Made by a program: the position numbers and the translations under genes. Positions 1-13,443 of a stretch of DNA of 64,000 bases are shown one piece after another (position 1 is the stretch's first letter; the number at the start of each line of letters is the position of its first letter). Origin of the DNA: Trichosphaerium sp. ATCC 40318 (lineage: Eukaryota; Protista; Tubulinea); NCBI GenBank assembly GCA_038496445.1, contig JALMLS010000142.1:1-64000 (forward strand), read 5' to 3'. A model generated the notes under the pieces. The model had not been told where the DNA came from. It ran no database searches and was given only the letters and a program-made list of their open reading frames with translations.

Positions 1-555
1 AAGTTGCAAAGATTAGCAAACTTGAATGATACGGACAATATGTTCACTTAGACTGATTCTTACTATTGATTGTAACATGAGGTCATAAACCTTGTCATCT
101 TTTAGCCTCGACTTTATCGCTACAACTTTTTTCTCCTGAAGGCAACCAATCAACTAGTACAGCCAAATTACGATATCCTTGTTGTTTCTATTTATAGTGA
201 ATTCAACTGAAATTTCCCAAGCAGTAGATATGAAGGATTTTACGCAACAGAATATGAATCTGTGCGTGGTTTGACACTGAGACAATAATGTGGTACCTCA
301 TGATACTTTCCATAAGGCAACTTCTCTGTTTTAAGATACAAAGGGTACTTAAAGAATGTTAAAATGGCCAACACTTTGACGGCAACAACTCCACTTGGTA
401 GCACTGCCAATAATTAAGCTCACTGATCCAACATATGGTACAATACCGCCTAGTGAAAGCCACTCAGCGTCAAAAAAGTCAAAATTAAACCTGTTGTGCG
501 GTGGTCACGTGCGTATTTGGTCATTAAGCGTACGACACTGTTTTACATCTCACAG

Positions 556-2136
556 GTAAGAGAAACGCTGTTAATAATTATTTTCGCTATGATTGGTGTT
601 ACTATGCGGTTTTGGCTTATTGACTTTCATATTGGTAAGGTTTTTAAAAATAGTTTCGTGTAAGAGCGCCAATAACTTTTGACGAAAAACTTCAAAAACA
701 AAGTCAAAAAGCACCGTTTTCTCTGTTTTTCTCGTGTTTTCGGTAGAATATATTTGGGATACAGGATTGTGGCTTCGAAACTCGACAACACCTTCAAGCT
801 CTACAGTAAGTGAACATTGCAATTATTCGCATAAGTTGCTGATTCCTTGCAATAGAGAATTTATTGCAAACGGCCTGGGATCGTTTCTAATGGGTGCAAT
901 GTTGTCTTTAAAACAACACCGCTATTTGTGCGTTACCCTGAGTACTACGTAGGGTTTGGTACGGGATGTCTAGGGTACTATTCGTTCTAAAAAGGAATAA
1001 GAAAAAGTTGTTTTCTTTTCTTCAAAACAATTTTGATCACATGGTATTCACGTGATCTTTAACTGTACCTCTTTGATAACTTGCTAATAATTTAAAAGGA
1101 GCTTGACATCTTTCTCTTCATGGATGAGTGATGTCGCAAAAGACTTTTATGACTTTGAATCTGTAAGTGTAACAATTATTCTAATTTCTTACAATCGAAT
1201 AGGCTTCAAACGGTATTTTGACAGTTTTTATCGGACTTGCTTGGTTCTATGCAGCTCTTGCTTTTGGAAATCACGTATCGTTGGGATCACAAGCGTTACT
1301 ACGGTGTTGTTTCGGAAAACGTAGTTCACCCAGCACGTGACAAGGATGGAAGTTTCAAGGCTAATTAAAAATCAGAATATAGCAGATTGTTTGACGATGT
1401 TGAAGACTTGAAAGACGAGGACTATACAAATATGGGCGAAAATGAGTTGAATTACCTTGCTTCTAAAAATGCAGTACCTGATGCACTGCACACTATTACA
1501 GTTCTTATTATTTTGTGTGCTTGTTATTTCGTGAGCATTGTACGATGATCGTTTTCTATCTTATGCTTAACTAATTTCTTTAATTTAGTATGGCCTGTTT
1601 CTCTCTCCCGCGGCCATGTATCAAGTGCTTCTTTATTCAATTATATTTGGTCCCATTGGTAAAACAATCTATTAATTCGAGTACTTGCTTTTTAACTACT
1701 AAACCAGGTGCTCTTGTTCGTTACTTTTCAGGAAAATTCAATAAGAAGATTCCGAATGTATCCACTAAATTTCGTATTCCAACTTTCTAAAAAATGTTGT
1801 AGTTTCCAGTATTCACACTTTTGGCGAACCTGGGAGGGACTGCACTTGTTGGAATCAACTTGTTTATACTTAATCGTATCAAACTAACCAATGAACAACA
1901 CAATGCGATTGCAGGGGCTATCACTAGTACGTACCCAATTTGAACAAAAAAAAGTCAGATACTCATTTTCGTTCTTACTAGTTGGTATCGCTGGTTGCAT
2001 GTCTACAGTGTCAACGTTTATTAAAGAAGTTGGATCTCTTAAAACAATGTTCGCATATATTTATGCGTGCTCTTCAATATTTCTAGCTCAGGTTATACTA
2101 CTTGCTACATACGGAACTTACTACTGGATGTACTAA
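556..2136 (+). CDS. FEX: FEX-type fluoride exporter (two fused CrcB/Fluc domains), multi-exon; start codon not resolved
   Basis: Spliced pieces read IIFAMIGVTMRF, EFIANGLGSFLMG, GFGTGCLG-SLTSFSSW (domain 1) and PLGALVRYF, FPVFTLLANLGG, GIAGCMSTVSTF (domain 2). These are the CrcB signature motifs present twice. Confidence 0.8.
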
Positions 2137-2502
2137 AGGTGGGTCAAAAAAAATTAAAAAGAATTAAACCACGTGACAGAAATTCAATAAATACATCCAT
2201 AACTGCGCCTTCAATTTAACAAAAACAAAATAACATTTCATTATGGATCTAGTGTTGTTATTAGAGGTATTAGACAATAGTGCAACACGTCAAGTATATA
2301 GAAGTAGCGAAAGGAGTACTTAAAATTTTCACCTTTCTACAACATTTTGAAGCGTCTCAACAGAAAAAATCAAGCGAATACGACATGGTATTAGAAGAGC
2401 AAGCGCAATATAAATAAGAGAAACAAAAAAATAAACCAGTCAAACAATTTCGAGTGTTGAAGAACAAAAAGAAATAAAGCTAGTACAGGTAACATAACAC
2501 TA

Positions 2503-3421
2503 ATGCAAGCGTACAGTAACCCTACAGTGTATTTATCAAGAAGAGAGACTTTTAGCTCCTGGTAATACTTTAAAACGTTCAAATACGCATAAAATATGTT
2601 CTACACGCGTTTTGTAGATAATCACCTAACTATCGTAACGTCCCAAACTCAAATCTCTATAGCCACCGCCTACACAACCCAGCGCTCACTATAGAGGAAA
2701 ACAAGGAGATATACGGTAAATGTAATAACCCAAACGGACATGGTCACAATTACGTCGTTTACGTGACCCTACGCGGTAAAGTACGCTTTACTGGTGTTTA
2801 TAAACTGATAAAATCGCAGGTTGACAAACGTACAGGGATGCTAATGAACTTGACAGACCTAAAAGCATGTCTAATGAAAGTAATCGATAAACTAGATCAC
2901 AAGGTATGCTCTCCCTGCATTTTTATCGTTTGTAATTGCAAAACGCTCTGGGTGTTTTTTTGGTAATGACGTCAGCCAAGAAGATCCTTTTCTAGCTTCT
3001 TACGATTCTCAACTATACGATAGAACCTTGATAAAGACGTACCAGAACTTTCCGGTGTTATAACGTCAACTGAAAATGTTTGCGTGTACTTTTGGCATCA
3101 ACTCATTCAAGTTTTACCGAACCCTTCAATACTTTACGAGGTACCTTTGAATTTAATATTACAAACCAGTACAACTTCGTACTACATAATTCCTTTTCGG
3201 CAAACACGTCGGTTTTTTTTTTTGCAAGCTGACTTCAGAATTCCACTTGTCATTATGAACTTATTTATAACTGTAGCCATTCGCCTTATTAAAATAAACT
3301 TGATAGTTTTTTCTTTCTTTCTTTTTAATGTAAACCTGTTTTGTTACTGACAACGTCACCATTGTAGGTTCGTATTGGAGAGACAGAGAAGAATAGTGCT
3401 TTCTATAGAGGAGAAAGTTGA
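2503..3421 (+). CDS. PTS: 6-pyruvoyl tetrahydropterin synthase
   Basis: Spliced translation MQAYSNPTVYLSRRETFSSCHRLHNPAL...YGKCNNPNGHGHNY...GMLMNLTDLK...LDHKNLDKDV...STENV...VRIGETEKNSAFYRGES* carries the Cys/His PTPS motif CxxxxxHGHNY. Confidence 0.95.
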
Positions 3422-3622
3422 TTACTGTTTTGATTTTTTATAACAAAAAATAAATTTCCTAAGTAACGGATTAATACTAAAACAACTTTGTATATACTAA
3501 TACAAATGTATTTTTTGCAACTACGAACGTGACACCTAAAATACGATTCAACGAAACCAAGAAACAGTCGCTTAACTTTTTTCACACAAATCCAAACTTA
3601 CTGCAGTTAAAAAAGCTACGCT

Positions 3623-5096
3623 ATGAGCACTCACTGTTACAAACTCGTTCTCGTCGGTCTTGGTGGTGTAGGTATGTTATTGGACTCAACTACACTTTGT
3701 AGTTTTATCACGCTATGCGTTTCTCTCCTAAATTAAATATACAGGTAAATCATGCCTTACAATACAGTTCATTTCAAACAAGTAAGTGGTTCGTTTTGTA
3801 GATCTGCAAATTAACCCCTTTCAAGGTTTATTGATGACTACGACCCAACATTGGAGGATTCGTACAGGTAAATTCTTTTATTTTGATACTGGTGGATTCT
3901 AGATCCTCAAACCTCCACAAAAATACGTCGGTCTGCTACAAAATACAGACGTTCGCATTTCACGGTGATATTGGCCTTTAAAACCTACTTCGCTGATATC
4001 ACCCACAAAACATAACTTTTATCTTATCTCGAGCTCACGAGCGCAAAATCGCTTTACCACACCAAGGACGGTTTTTCAAGGTACTAAATTAGTATGTAGG
4101 AAACAAGTAACCATCGACGCGGAGGAATGCATCCTTGGTACGTGACAACTTCATTGGCTTGTTTATCTCCTTTTGTTTTACCAAACACAATTTTTTCGTA
4201 CATTGCGTCATACCAGAACTCATAGCTCTCAAACGCTCACAACTGACTAGATATCTTTGATACCGCCGGACAAGAAGATTTCGTAGCCATCCGTGATCAG
4301 TACATGAAAATTGGACATGGTTTCCTCTGTGTCTACTCTATTACTATGCGTTCTTCATTTGAAGAGGTAGTAAACCTTCACGGTACGTATAAACGCTCAT
4401 ACCTTTTGTTTTTGTTTCGTTGTCGAGAAACAAATCCTTCAAACCGTTTAAAGTCGTATTCGCTTTACCATTACAATGGGTTTACGACAGTACAGAGCGT
4501 AATATTTTTTATGCGCTCAATTCGCCAAAATAGTGTTTTCGGTTTTTCTTTTTCGTTTTTTTGCTTATTTGGCGTTCTTTTAGACCATATGTTACGTGTT
4601 AAGGATGCTGATAAAGTACCATTTGTTCTTGTTGGTAATAAATGCGATTTGGAAGGAGAACGTGAAGTAACGACAAAGGAAGGTCAAGAACTCGCTGATA
4701 AGCTCAGTGTAAAATTCATTGAGACTTCTGCTAAGACTAGACATAATGTAAAAGAGGTACGTGTTGTAACTGGCTTCTCTTCTTTTTTTGGAGACTTTGA
4801 CGACCAAATCCTTGTTATTTTCTGTATTTGCAATTCTTTTGGTTCAAAAAGTGCAATCTTTGACTCTTTTTTAGGCTTTCTTCATGTTAGTACGTGAGAT
4901 TGGTATTAAGGTTGAACCTGCAAGCAATGACGATAAAGCTGACCCTAAATTACACAAGAAAAAGAGGTATGAATCTTGTATCTTAAAATCCCGACAACTC
5001 CGAGCATCGGACTTTTATTATTACATTATCCTTGTTTTAACGTTTATGAGCTAATTGTTTTTTTTCTTCTTTAGACGTGCTTGCAATCTCTTGTAA
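3623..5096 (+). CDS. rasS: Ras GTPase, most like Dictyostelium RasS
   Basis: KLVLVGLGGVGKSCLTIQF, YDPTLEDSYR, DTAGQEDF, NKCD and ETSAK motifs, with a polybasic tail and CaaX (CNLL*). The PTLEDS effector loop and CNLL tail match my recollection of RasS. Confidence 0.85.
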
Positions 5097-5369
5097 AGTG
5101 GTGTTTTATAATTTGTTGTACGGCGACTTGAACCTGTAAGATAGAAAACGATTATAGCCTTATAAAATCTTGTTCTGAAAAAAAAAAAACCTCATCTTGT
5201 CTTCCTCGTACACTGTTAAAAAACCCCAAGTACCATGTGTCCGTAGTTTAATAAAATTTGTGACTTATTTATTTCAAAAAAAAAAATCAAGTAAAAAATG
5301 AGATGGTAGAATCCTGGAGCTTGTTGTCATAGCTTACTAAGAATAAGTATTTTTATTGGTGTTCTTCTC

Positions 5370-7235
5370 TTATAATTTGGCCATTCTCATTGCGAGGTCG
5401 ATCATGACTTCTTCAGAGCCTCCGCCAATAGCAGATACACGCAATTCGCGCCATATACGCTCAATCTTGGCACCAACACCAGTGCGTAAATAAGATGCAC
5501 CGCCGAATATCTGGCACGCTTCTCGTGCGCAATATTCAAGGGTACGCGATGTTTGAACCTTGCAAAGTGCGATTTGACCTCCGAGATGTAATGGTGAAAG
5601 ACCTTGTTGCATTTGGTACGCAAGGCTCTCAATCCATGCCCAAGTTGCTTCAGTGTGTCTTGCCATTTCAGCAATCTTATGTCTGATAACTTGATTATCA
5701 ATGAGTCTCTTTCCTGAACATTTTGATTAGTGACATTTCAACAGGTTGTGACTTAAACTTTCTCGTGTTTTCTTGTTTTTTTGGTGAAGCAAGAGAAGCG
5801 AACATGATAATGATAAACGCACCGAATGTCTTGCGGTTACGAGCAAATTTGATAGATTCCTCAATACAGATACGGCACGAACGATGAGCCATAATTAAAC
5901 CAACCATGCGCTCATGATTAAAGTTAAGCATAATAGGAAGGAATCCTTGGTTTTCTTGGCCGATTATGTTCTTTACAGGCACTTTAACATTCTCAAGTTG
6001 AACAAATGTTGTTGTAGATGTCCACCAGCCTTGTGTCTTTTGTCTGCGTAAGTTAATACCTGGCATACCTACAAAAATGTTAAATTCATCTACGAGTACA
6101 CAAAACAAAAACTCGTGCCTTTCTCGAGCAATAGCAACGAAATACCACCCATGCCCTTTCCACCAGTACGTACAGCAACAGTAAAGTAATCAGCACGCAT
6201 ACCACCAGTGATGAACTTTTTCTCGCCGTTAACGATGTAGAAGTCACCTTGTCTCTCAGCAGTTGTTCTGATAGCAGCGACATCACTTCCACCGTATGGC
6301 TCAGTAATTGCCAAAGCAATTAGTTTTTTACCAGTAATAATGTCCTTAGCGCATTTGTTTTTGATGTAATCAGACCCTACAGATAGTAGTGGTGGGAATC
6401 CGATATGCAACGTCAAAAAACAAGCGGCGAGTAGACCACCACATGCACAACGGGCTATTTCGTCCCAGTAAATAACATCATGAAAGACATCAAAGCCTAA
6501 AACGAAGTCATACTTAAGTTATCATCTTTTTTTTTGTTTTAAGTCAAAACATCTTTCTGGTCCTTTTTGTATCATACCTCCTTCTGGTGGTGTACCACCG
6601 TATTCTACAGGGAAAGGTGCACCATAAAGACCTGCTTCATAAGCTTTTACGTGAAGCTCACGAGGGTAAGATTTAGCGTCCTTAAAAGCATTAGTACTTT
6701 TGGCTTTCAAGGTGTTAAACGTACCTCCCATTCACTTGTGTACGGCATAATTTCCTTTTCAACAAAAGCGCGTACTCTAGCACGCCATTTCTTGTGTGCT
6801 TCAGTGTAGTAAGGGCTCTTGAATGTGGTGTACCAGGATGGATCACCAAATGGGATTCCATCACCAAACGGACCAGAGGTTGACAATTGGTTGTTTGGTT
6901 GCGCCTAACGAGGAATGAGATTCACAACAACCATTGAATACACGGCCAAACTTGCTCTGTTGAAAATTTTTTGGACGTACTCTGGTGTGCTTGGAGCCAG
7001 CAATAACACCTACTCTTAGCTGTTTGCCGTATTTTGCAATGATTGCTCTAGCGTCATGCAAAGCATTAAACGCTTTTGTAGCATCTGTACCAGCGACTTT
7101 TACAACGACGCCCTTGCCACCAGGGTGAGCCTCGAGAAAGTCGGTCATGTTGTAAACTACATCATCGATTATGACCCAGCAATCATTCTCAGTGTTATGT
7201 TGTGCCACTTGGGCGTGCGTGTACGTCTTTGACAT
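5370..7235 (-). CDS. Cytochrome b5 / acyl-CoA dehydrogenase fusion
   Basis: N-terminal HPGG heme motif (MSKTYTHAQVAQHN..DCWVII..HPGG), followed by ACAD motifs AITEPYGGSDVA, NGEKKFITGG, FNHER, QIFGG and IGGGSEEVM. Confidence 0.93.
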
Positions 7236-7438
7236 AATTGTTGCTACAAATTAAGCTTAGTCGTACTACAATAGAGCGACATGGGTGCATGACAGCGTTT
7301 TGAGTGTATTTCTCAACGAGGGAAATTAAAACATCCCTCGCTTCTGTTAAAAAACACCAAAACACTATTATGGTGTAAACTACGTACATTTGGTGTTGAT
7401 GAATCAAATACGGACACAAAAAACAAACAGTTGGAAAA

Positions 7439-9229
7439 ATGCCTGCCTTAATTGCCAATAACAACTCGAACATTCTGGGCTTGTAGAGGAAAAGTCTCTC
7501 GTATAAATTCCCTACCTATGGTTATTAAATGTAAGGGGTTACATTGTAGTGGTTACAGATGGATTGCTTTTGTTGGTTTCACCCTTTATGGCTTGCTTGT
7601 TATTATGACATTTGTGTCACTCGCTTGGGAACTACTAGTAAATACAAGAAAGCGTAAAGGAAAACAAAATGTTGGAACAAGAGGTTTGAGACATTACGAC
7701 GTTACATCATCAATAACCCATAGAATAGGTCAAGTCATAGCGCGGCATGTATTTAGAGGCGTTTTGGGCGTTTTTGCGTGCTGTACGTAAATTGAATTTA
7801 ACTTGACAATCAAAACAACGTTGACGCTTGCTATGAAGTCAACGCTACCGTTTCCCAACTTTGACACCTTCATTCCCAAAAACAAAACGTCAAAACGTCT
7901 AAATGACACGCAATGTTGTTAACTCAACTTGCTTGTGTATTTGATAATAGTTTAACACATTTTTTAGTTAGACTTGGATGGCTAAGCCTCGTTTACTCTG
8001 GACAACGTTCATCGGTCGAGTTCACGCTTAATCGCTTGGCATTCGTGACGTACTTTACAGCTTTCGCCTTAATACTATTCATATGGTACGTTACAGTAAT
8101 GACGCGAAGCGTAAACTCGCAGCAACTGTGTATTGGTTTTTTTAAATATACCATGTGATTTTTTTCTTTTTTTTTTAATGTTGGTTTTCCTCTTTTTAGG
8201 ATTGAAGCGTTCTACCAGAATTATTATGATAGTAATAAGTTTCTACCGAGAGTAGGATGGTTATTTATTGTAGTAACACTAATTGTTTGGGTGCGCGTGT
8301 AGAGACATTGAAGCGACAAGAAAAACTTTTTTCGGAAAAAAAACGTTATTTCGGTTTTTTTTTTTGTTTGTGGTCTTTGGTTGACTCCTTGAATACTAGG
8401 CTTATCAAATAATACTAATAATTATTTTTCTTGAGAATGATGGAAAGCGAGAAGGCAATCCGTTTTATGATATTAATATAGTATCTGGTACTATTCCTTC
8501 CTTGCACACACGTGTTTCTTTTACTTTCTTTCGAGAAATCACTCATGTTTTTACTTAGATGTTGTTATATCTGCTCTTGTAGCTATGGCGTTCTTAATGT
8601 ACGTGTTGCAAAAATAGAACTTGATGAAGAAAATGAAACTCTTAGAGTCTAAGTTTGTTTTAATGTCGTTTTTTGAGTAAAAGTGCTCACTTCGTTCAGG
8701 TATGGGTTCCGTATGCTATTCAAACGTTCTTTGAATGAACTTGATGTAGCCAAAGTGCAAGAAGCCCTACAAGTAAGCCTCACTTAGCGACTCAAAGTTT
8801 CTGGTTTTTTTTTATAAATCACGTGATACTTACTTCTTCGATAGATCACTGGAATGACACTTGTATTTGTTGTATGCTTTCTTCTGCGAGTACTTTTATT
8901 TTCGTTCAGACCAATAACTGGATTTTATATGGACAGTGGGCTGTTCTATTCATTGGCGTACTTTACATCAGAAGGTATGTATAATCATGCGATACCAAAT
9001 ACATTGTCACTTACCTCTTTTAAAAATGATTGCAAGACACTATTTTGTTAAAAAGTTAATTGTTTTGTTACTAGGTATGCCGTCTCTTATTCAACTGTAT
9101 GTTGCTTCAAAGAGCACTGTAAGGGAGGAAAAATCAAGTCAGTGGATAGATGATTTATATGAAGATAAGGATGAGACAACAGCTTCTGATAGAGCAAAGT
9201 TTTTAAGTGTTGCACCTACTACAATGTAA
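7439..9229 (+). CDS. TOM1/THH1/GPR137-like 7-transmembrane protein
   Basis: About seven hydrophobic exonic segments, including FTLNRLAFVTYFTAFALILFIW and TLVFVVCFLLRVLLF..FYSLAYFTSEG(M)P, which is a GPR137/TOM1-like pattern. First exon MPALIANNNSNILG. Confidence 0.6.
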
Positions 9230-9654
9230 AAGATTTGGCTATTCTTTAACAAATCGCCCCCAATTTGGTAGGACTTACTGCTACGACTATTGCACATGTG
9301 GTGATATCGTATAGTAATACCATACAACTTATTACTAAGATAGAAAGTGCTGACACAAAAGGCTATTGTTGTGTAAATAAAACTGTAATTTTAGTGTCCA
9401 AAAAAATAAACAAATCACAAATTATTATTTACATAATTGTCTATTCTCATCCCATTCCTTACGTTTATCACACACTTCACCATTGACAAATATACATTCA
9501 GAACACAATTGTCCATTCATATACCATCTCTTACTTTCACCATGTTTTTTACCCTCAACCCACGTGTTATCAGTGGTAAATTTAAATCGGGGTTTTTAAG
9601 GGATTCCGCCTTAAAATCCTAAGGATTTATAAGCGGAAAATCTCTTCCTTTATT

Positions 9655-9780
9655 CCTATGGAATCCGGACGGAATTCCCTATGGAATCCGAATGGAATTC
9701 CCTATGGAATCCGGATGGAATTCCTTAAAGAATCCGGACGGAATTCCTTAAGGATTAACAACGGAATTCCCAATGGATTT
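9655..9780. repeat. Subterminal ~22-23-bp tandem repeats (GGAATCCGGACGGAATTCCCTAT-like)
   Basis: About four copies are visible directly, each with a palindromic GGAATTCC core. Confidence 0.85.
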
Positions 9781-10359
9781 TTTATGAAATTCCAAACAAA
9801 TTACCTTGAAATACTTTACAATATTTACATCAAGTCTTGTAGCACAAAATTTGTTTTATTTACCAATGATAATTTAGTTACAAAATGCAAATGTTCCACA
9901 CGCTATTGTGTACAGGTCAAACTCATCAAATCTTTTCAATCTTTGGCCAAGAATTTTATTGCACCTGGTATCGCAATCATAAATTGCTAATAACGCATTC
10001 GTAGAAGCTAAAATAAGAAAAAAGTAGTTTTTTGATAAATTAAATGGAAATAACCTTCAAAAACAATGTACTTGAGATTAATGCCCTAAATGCGTGTCCT
10101 AGTGGTGTGTAAAGGCCTTTGAAATGCTTTACAAGCCTCAAAACGGATTAGTAAGCGATATAGAAATATCACTGCTAACGAAAATCACCAAAATACTTAT
10201 CTTGCTTACTTTTTGATTAAACGTCTTTTCGTTGTATCCATTGGTTTTCTACACCAATAAAAGGGTGACGATGTGGTTTACTAAAAAAAAACTTAGTTAG
10301 GTAAGGCTTTGATAGTTGTTGAAATAATGAATAATTTTGAATTTTCACCAAAAATATTT

Positions 10360-10525
10360 TTCAAAGGAATTCTCACAAAATCCATATGGAATTTTGTTAA
10401 AAATCCCAAGGGAATTTTCTACAAAATCCATACGGAATTCCATTAAAAATCCCAAGGGAATTTTCTACAAAATCCCAAGGGAATTTTCTACAAAATCCAT
10501 ATGGAATTCTGTTAAAAATCCCTTC
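10360..10525. repeat. Subterminal ~22-23-bp tandem repeats (AAAATCCCAAGGGAATTTTCTAC-like)
   Basis: About six copies are visible directly, related to the left-end repeats. Confidence 0.85.
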
Positions 10526-13055
10526 AATTATTCCTGTTGATATGCTGCCAACATTTGCCAATATTGTTGTTTGGGATTTTTTTACAAATCCCAAGAAATT
10601 CCTTATTTTAATGGAATATAGCAGAAATCCCATCAAAAATCCAATCGAAAATTCAGATTGCTTAGGGATTTTTTCCACAATTCCGTTAAAATCCTTAAAA
10701 AACACGGAATTTAACAGGATTCCAGAGGAAAATCCCATTTTTAATTTACTACTGATGGTAGTTAAGTTGTCCATTTTCATACCATCCTTTACCTTCGCCA
10801 TGTTGCTTACCATCAGCCCACATGTTCTGGTATTTAAGTTGTCCATTTTCATACCATCCTTTACCTTCGCCATGTTGCTTACCATCAGCCCACATGTGCT
10901 TCATCCTCAACTCAAAAGCTGTGGTCTGAAATCTGTCCATTTTCATACCATCCTTTCCTTTCACCATGTTGCTTACCATCAGTCCACATGCACTGATACT
11001 TTAGTTGTCCATTCTCATTGTCATACCATCCTTTACTTTCACCATGTGCTTTACCATCAACCCACATGCATTGCCTCTCTTGTTGTCCATTTTTATACCA
11101 TGTCTTAGTTTCACCATGTTGTTTACCATTGGCCCACATGTTATGGTACTTAAGTTGTCCATTTTCATGCCATCCCTTACTTTCGCCATGTTGTTTGCCC
11201 TCAACCCAAAAACTATGGTCTGAAATCTGTCCATTTTTATACCATCCCTTACTATCACCGTGTTGTTTATCATCAAACCACATGCATTGCTCCTCAAGTT
11301 GTCCATTCTCATGCCAATATTTGCTTTCGCCATGCTGCTTACCATCAACCCACGCGCATTGCCTCTCTAGTTGACCATTTTTATACCATCCTAAACAAAG
11401 TCCAGTTTTTTTACCATCAATTATTGTATACTGTCTCTCAAGTTGTCCGCTCTCATACCATTGTTTATACACTCCACTTGCAATGTAATTATGAAGCTGT
11501 ACCTTTCCACTTTTGTACCATTGTATCCATACTCCTTTTTTTTGTAGTGTTTCATCAAAATGTGTATTAATCGCAGCTCTCTTTGATAGTGTATGGAATT
11601 TTGTGAATGTTTCTGCATTGAACGTACAAATGTAAGTTTGGAGTTCACATGGGATATCCAGTAAACTCAAGGAGCCTGGTTTACAGTGTATTTTTTTATG
11701 CTTTGCAGTTGACTGTAACAAAATCTGATATCAGCAAAAACACAGGGAGAACAAAATTTGACATTCAATTTTACAGGCAAAAATTGTTGTTAACTTTTTT
11801 CAACAAAGACAAATAATCCCTTTTTCAAAAATTACGTAAGTATGTTTGTATTTGCGTAAGACACAATATGTGAGGCTACAAGGAAAATAAGCGCAGAAGC
11901 TGTACAGCGAGCATACACAAAATTTGAGCCTGTGGTAAAAAAAAGTAAGGCTTTTGCCAAATTCTGAGCTGCATGTGGCCCAAAATAATTTTATAAGCTT
12001 GCACGGTGGATAGGAAACGAAGCGGATTTTGTTCTAAAAAAGAGCCAAAACGGTTAAAGAAATGCGAGTAAAGCAAAGCAAAAGCTTCAAAAACAATTTC
12101 TCTTTACAAAAAAACGAAATACACTCTGTTAGTTTTAATATAGCTGTAGCTGTACGTACCATACACAATTAATACTACCAATCGTATTAAATAACCGGTT
12201 TGCCACAGTGTAGGACGTTCGCGAGTTCGGAATTTCGAAGAAGAGTCATGTAATTAAGCCAACTTGCTTATTGTCAATATTTGATAATTTTCTTTGCAGC
12301 TTCTGACAAGACTCTCAGAGTGGCAACGCTAAAGCACTGGCTTTAAGCAAGCTCCACTTTACATGGACTGTCAAACTTTGTGGTTTGCATGATGCCTCGT
12401 ACCCAACAAAACAGGACGGTTGTAGGTTGATACCTCTACCAAGACGCGAGAAACCACTCATCGCATACTGATGTGCAAAGATTGGTAAACCAAACAGTCC
12501 AAATCACAAGTCCCCAGAAACCTTATTGTACAACGGCCAAATACCGTTGAGATATTGACAATACGAATACCATTTCTATACTAACGTATTGTTCACGCCT
12601 ATGAATAATTGGTAGAGACTGTGCAATCTAACCAATAATCAACTAGGCCATTGTTCCCTTCAAGCAATTATCTCACGCAAGCGTACTAAGAACATGTTGA
12701 AATAACTAGCAGCACTCTAACCAATTTCTTGAAAACAGACAGATATTAAAAAAGCTCTGAGTGATAACGTCCTGTACGTTTCTTTATTATACACACTAAC
12801 TAACACAACTCTACAACAGCTAGTAGAGGTAGTGACCCGCGACAAGTACCCTTTTGACCTGTTAGTACTGGTGATGATTTAATTGACGGAAGACAACAAT
12901 ATAGATTGTGTTGCTCACCCTTAACAAGTGTTAATTTCATACAGAGTGTTCATAAAACCGGATAAACTTTGTGAACATTACATGAGTAAGCATTCACAAC
13001 ATCGGATGTACAAGTTGTGAATTATTTGAGTGTTGTTACCCTATACTCAAACGCA

Positions 13056-13443
13056 ATGCAGCTCTTCTCAACTCTAATTTATACTCTCGCCATCACTTGT
13101 GTACTGTTAATATTCATATGCCCTGCAGCTACTTCTGAAGAAGAGGAGGAGGCACAAACTTGTTTAGGAAAATGGTGTTCAAGATTGTACACCAAAGGCG
13201 AAAGGACTTTTTGTGGGGATAGGTGGGGCACGTGCCCTGACAAAACTTATGACGACGTACGCTTGGATAGCTTCTGTTTGTATACAGTGTTGGTCTTACT
13301 CTAAGTAGCATGATAAAGTCGCAGGTTCGAAAAAGTGTAAGCGTTGTAATAAACGAACGTATGGTGGTAAGAAATGCAATCACCATTCGGCTGAGTTTTA
13401 CATCAAAGGCTTAAGCCAGATCACAAGATACCAGTGTAAATGA
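13056..13443 (+). CDS. Small secreted cysteine-rich precursor (signal peptide, acidic pro-segment, cationic 8-Cys mature region), two exons
   Basis: MQLFSTLIYTLAITCVLLIFICPAATSEEEEEAQTCLGKWC...YDD, then a GT..AG intron, then HDKVAGSKKCKRCNKRTYGGKKCNHHSAEFYIKGLSQITRYQCK*. Confidence 0.65.

Larger units (their letters stand above)
9571..10754. mobile_element. Non-autonomous DNA transposon (1184 bp) with imperfect TIRs, subterminal repeats and a 2-bp AT TSD (CACTA/CMC-like architecture)
   Basis: Left end CAGTGGTAAATTTAAATCGGGGTTTT versus right end reverse complement CAGTAGTAAATTAAAAATGGGATTTT (21/26). AT flanks both sides. Removing the element restores CCCACGTGTTATGGTAGTTAAGTTGTCC, which matches the intact MORN repeat at ~11133. 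Confidence 0.85.
9424..11721 (-). pseudogene. F-box-like + MORN-variant repeat gene, disrupted by a nonsense codon, a frameshift and a transposon insertion
   Basis: SLLDIPCELQTYI F-box-like N-terminus, then 24-aa WYENGQLxxQCMWxDGKQHGESKG repeats. TGG>TGA at ~10912 (SF*VE versus SFWVE in another repeat), followed by a frame change. The repeats resume at 9570-9424 beyond the insertion. Confidence 0.8.

Noticed and set aside
3650-3675. Constitutively active Ras (P-loop variant GLGGVG)
   Set aside because: Leu occupies position 11; G12, G13 and Q61 equivalents are intact.
9655-10525. CRISPR-like array of palindromic repeats
   Set aside because: The units are tandem with no unique spacers, there are no cas genes, the context is eukaryotic, and they are explained as transposon subterminal repeats.
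10912-10914. TGA read as Trp (alternative genetic code)
   Set aside because: The same gene also has a frameshift and a TE insertion, Trp is TGG elsewhere, and TGA ends PTS and the dienelactone hydrolase at the expected positions.
10397-11648. Alternative-frame and antisense ORFs over the MORN gene (e.g. 10397-10885, 10542-11108, 11001-11348)
   Set aside because: Shadow ORFs produced by the 72-nt coding repeat and the transposon repeats.
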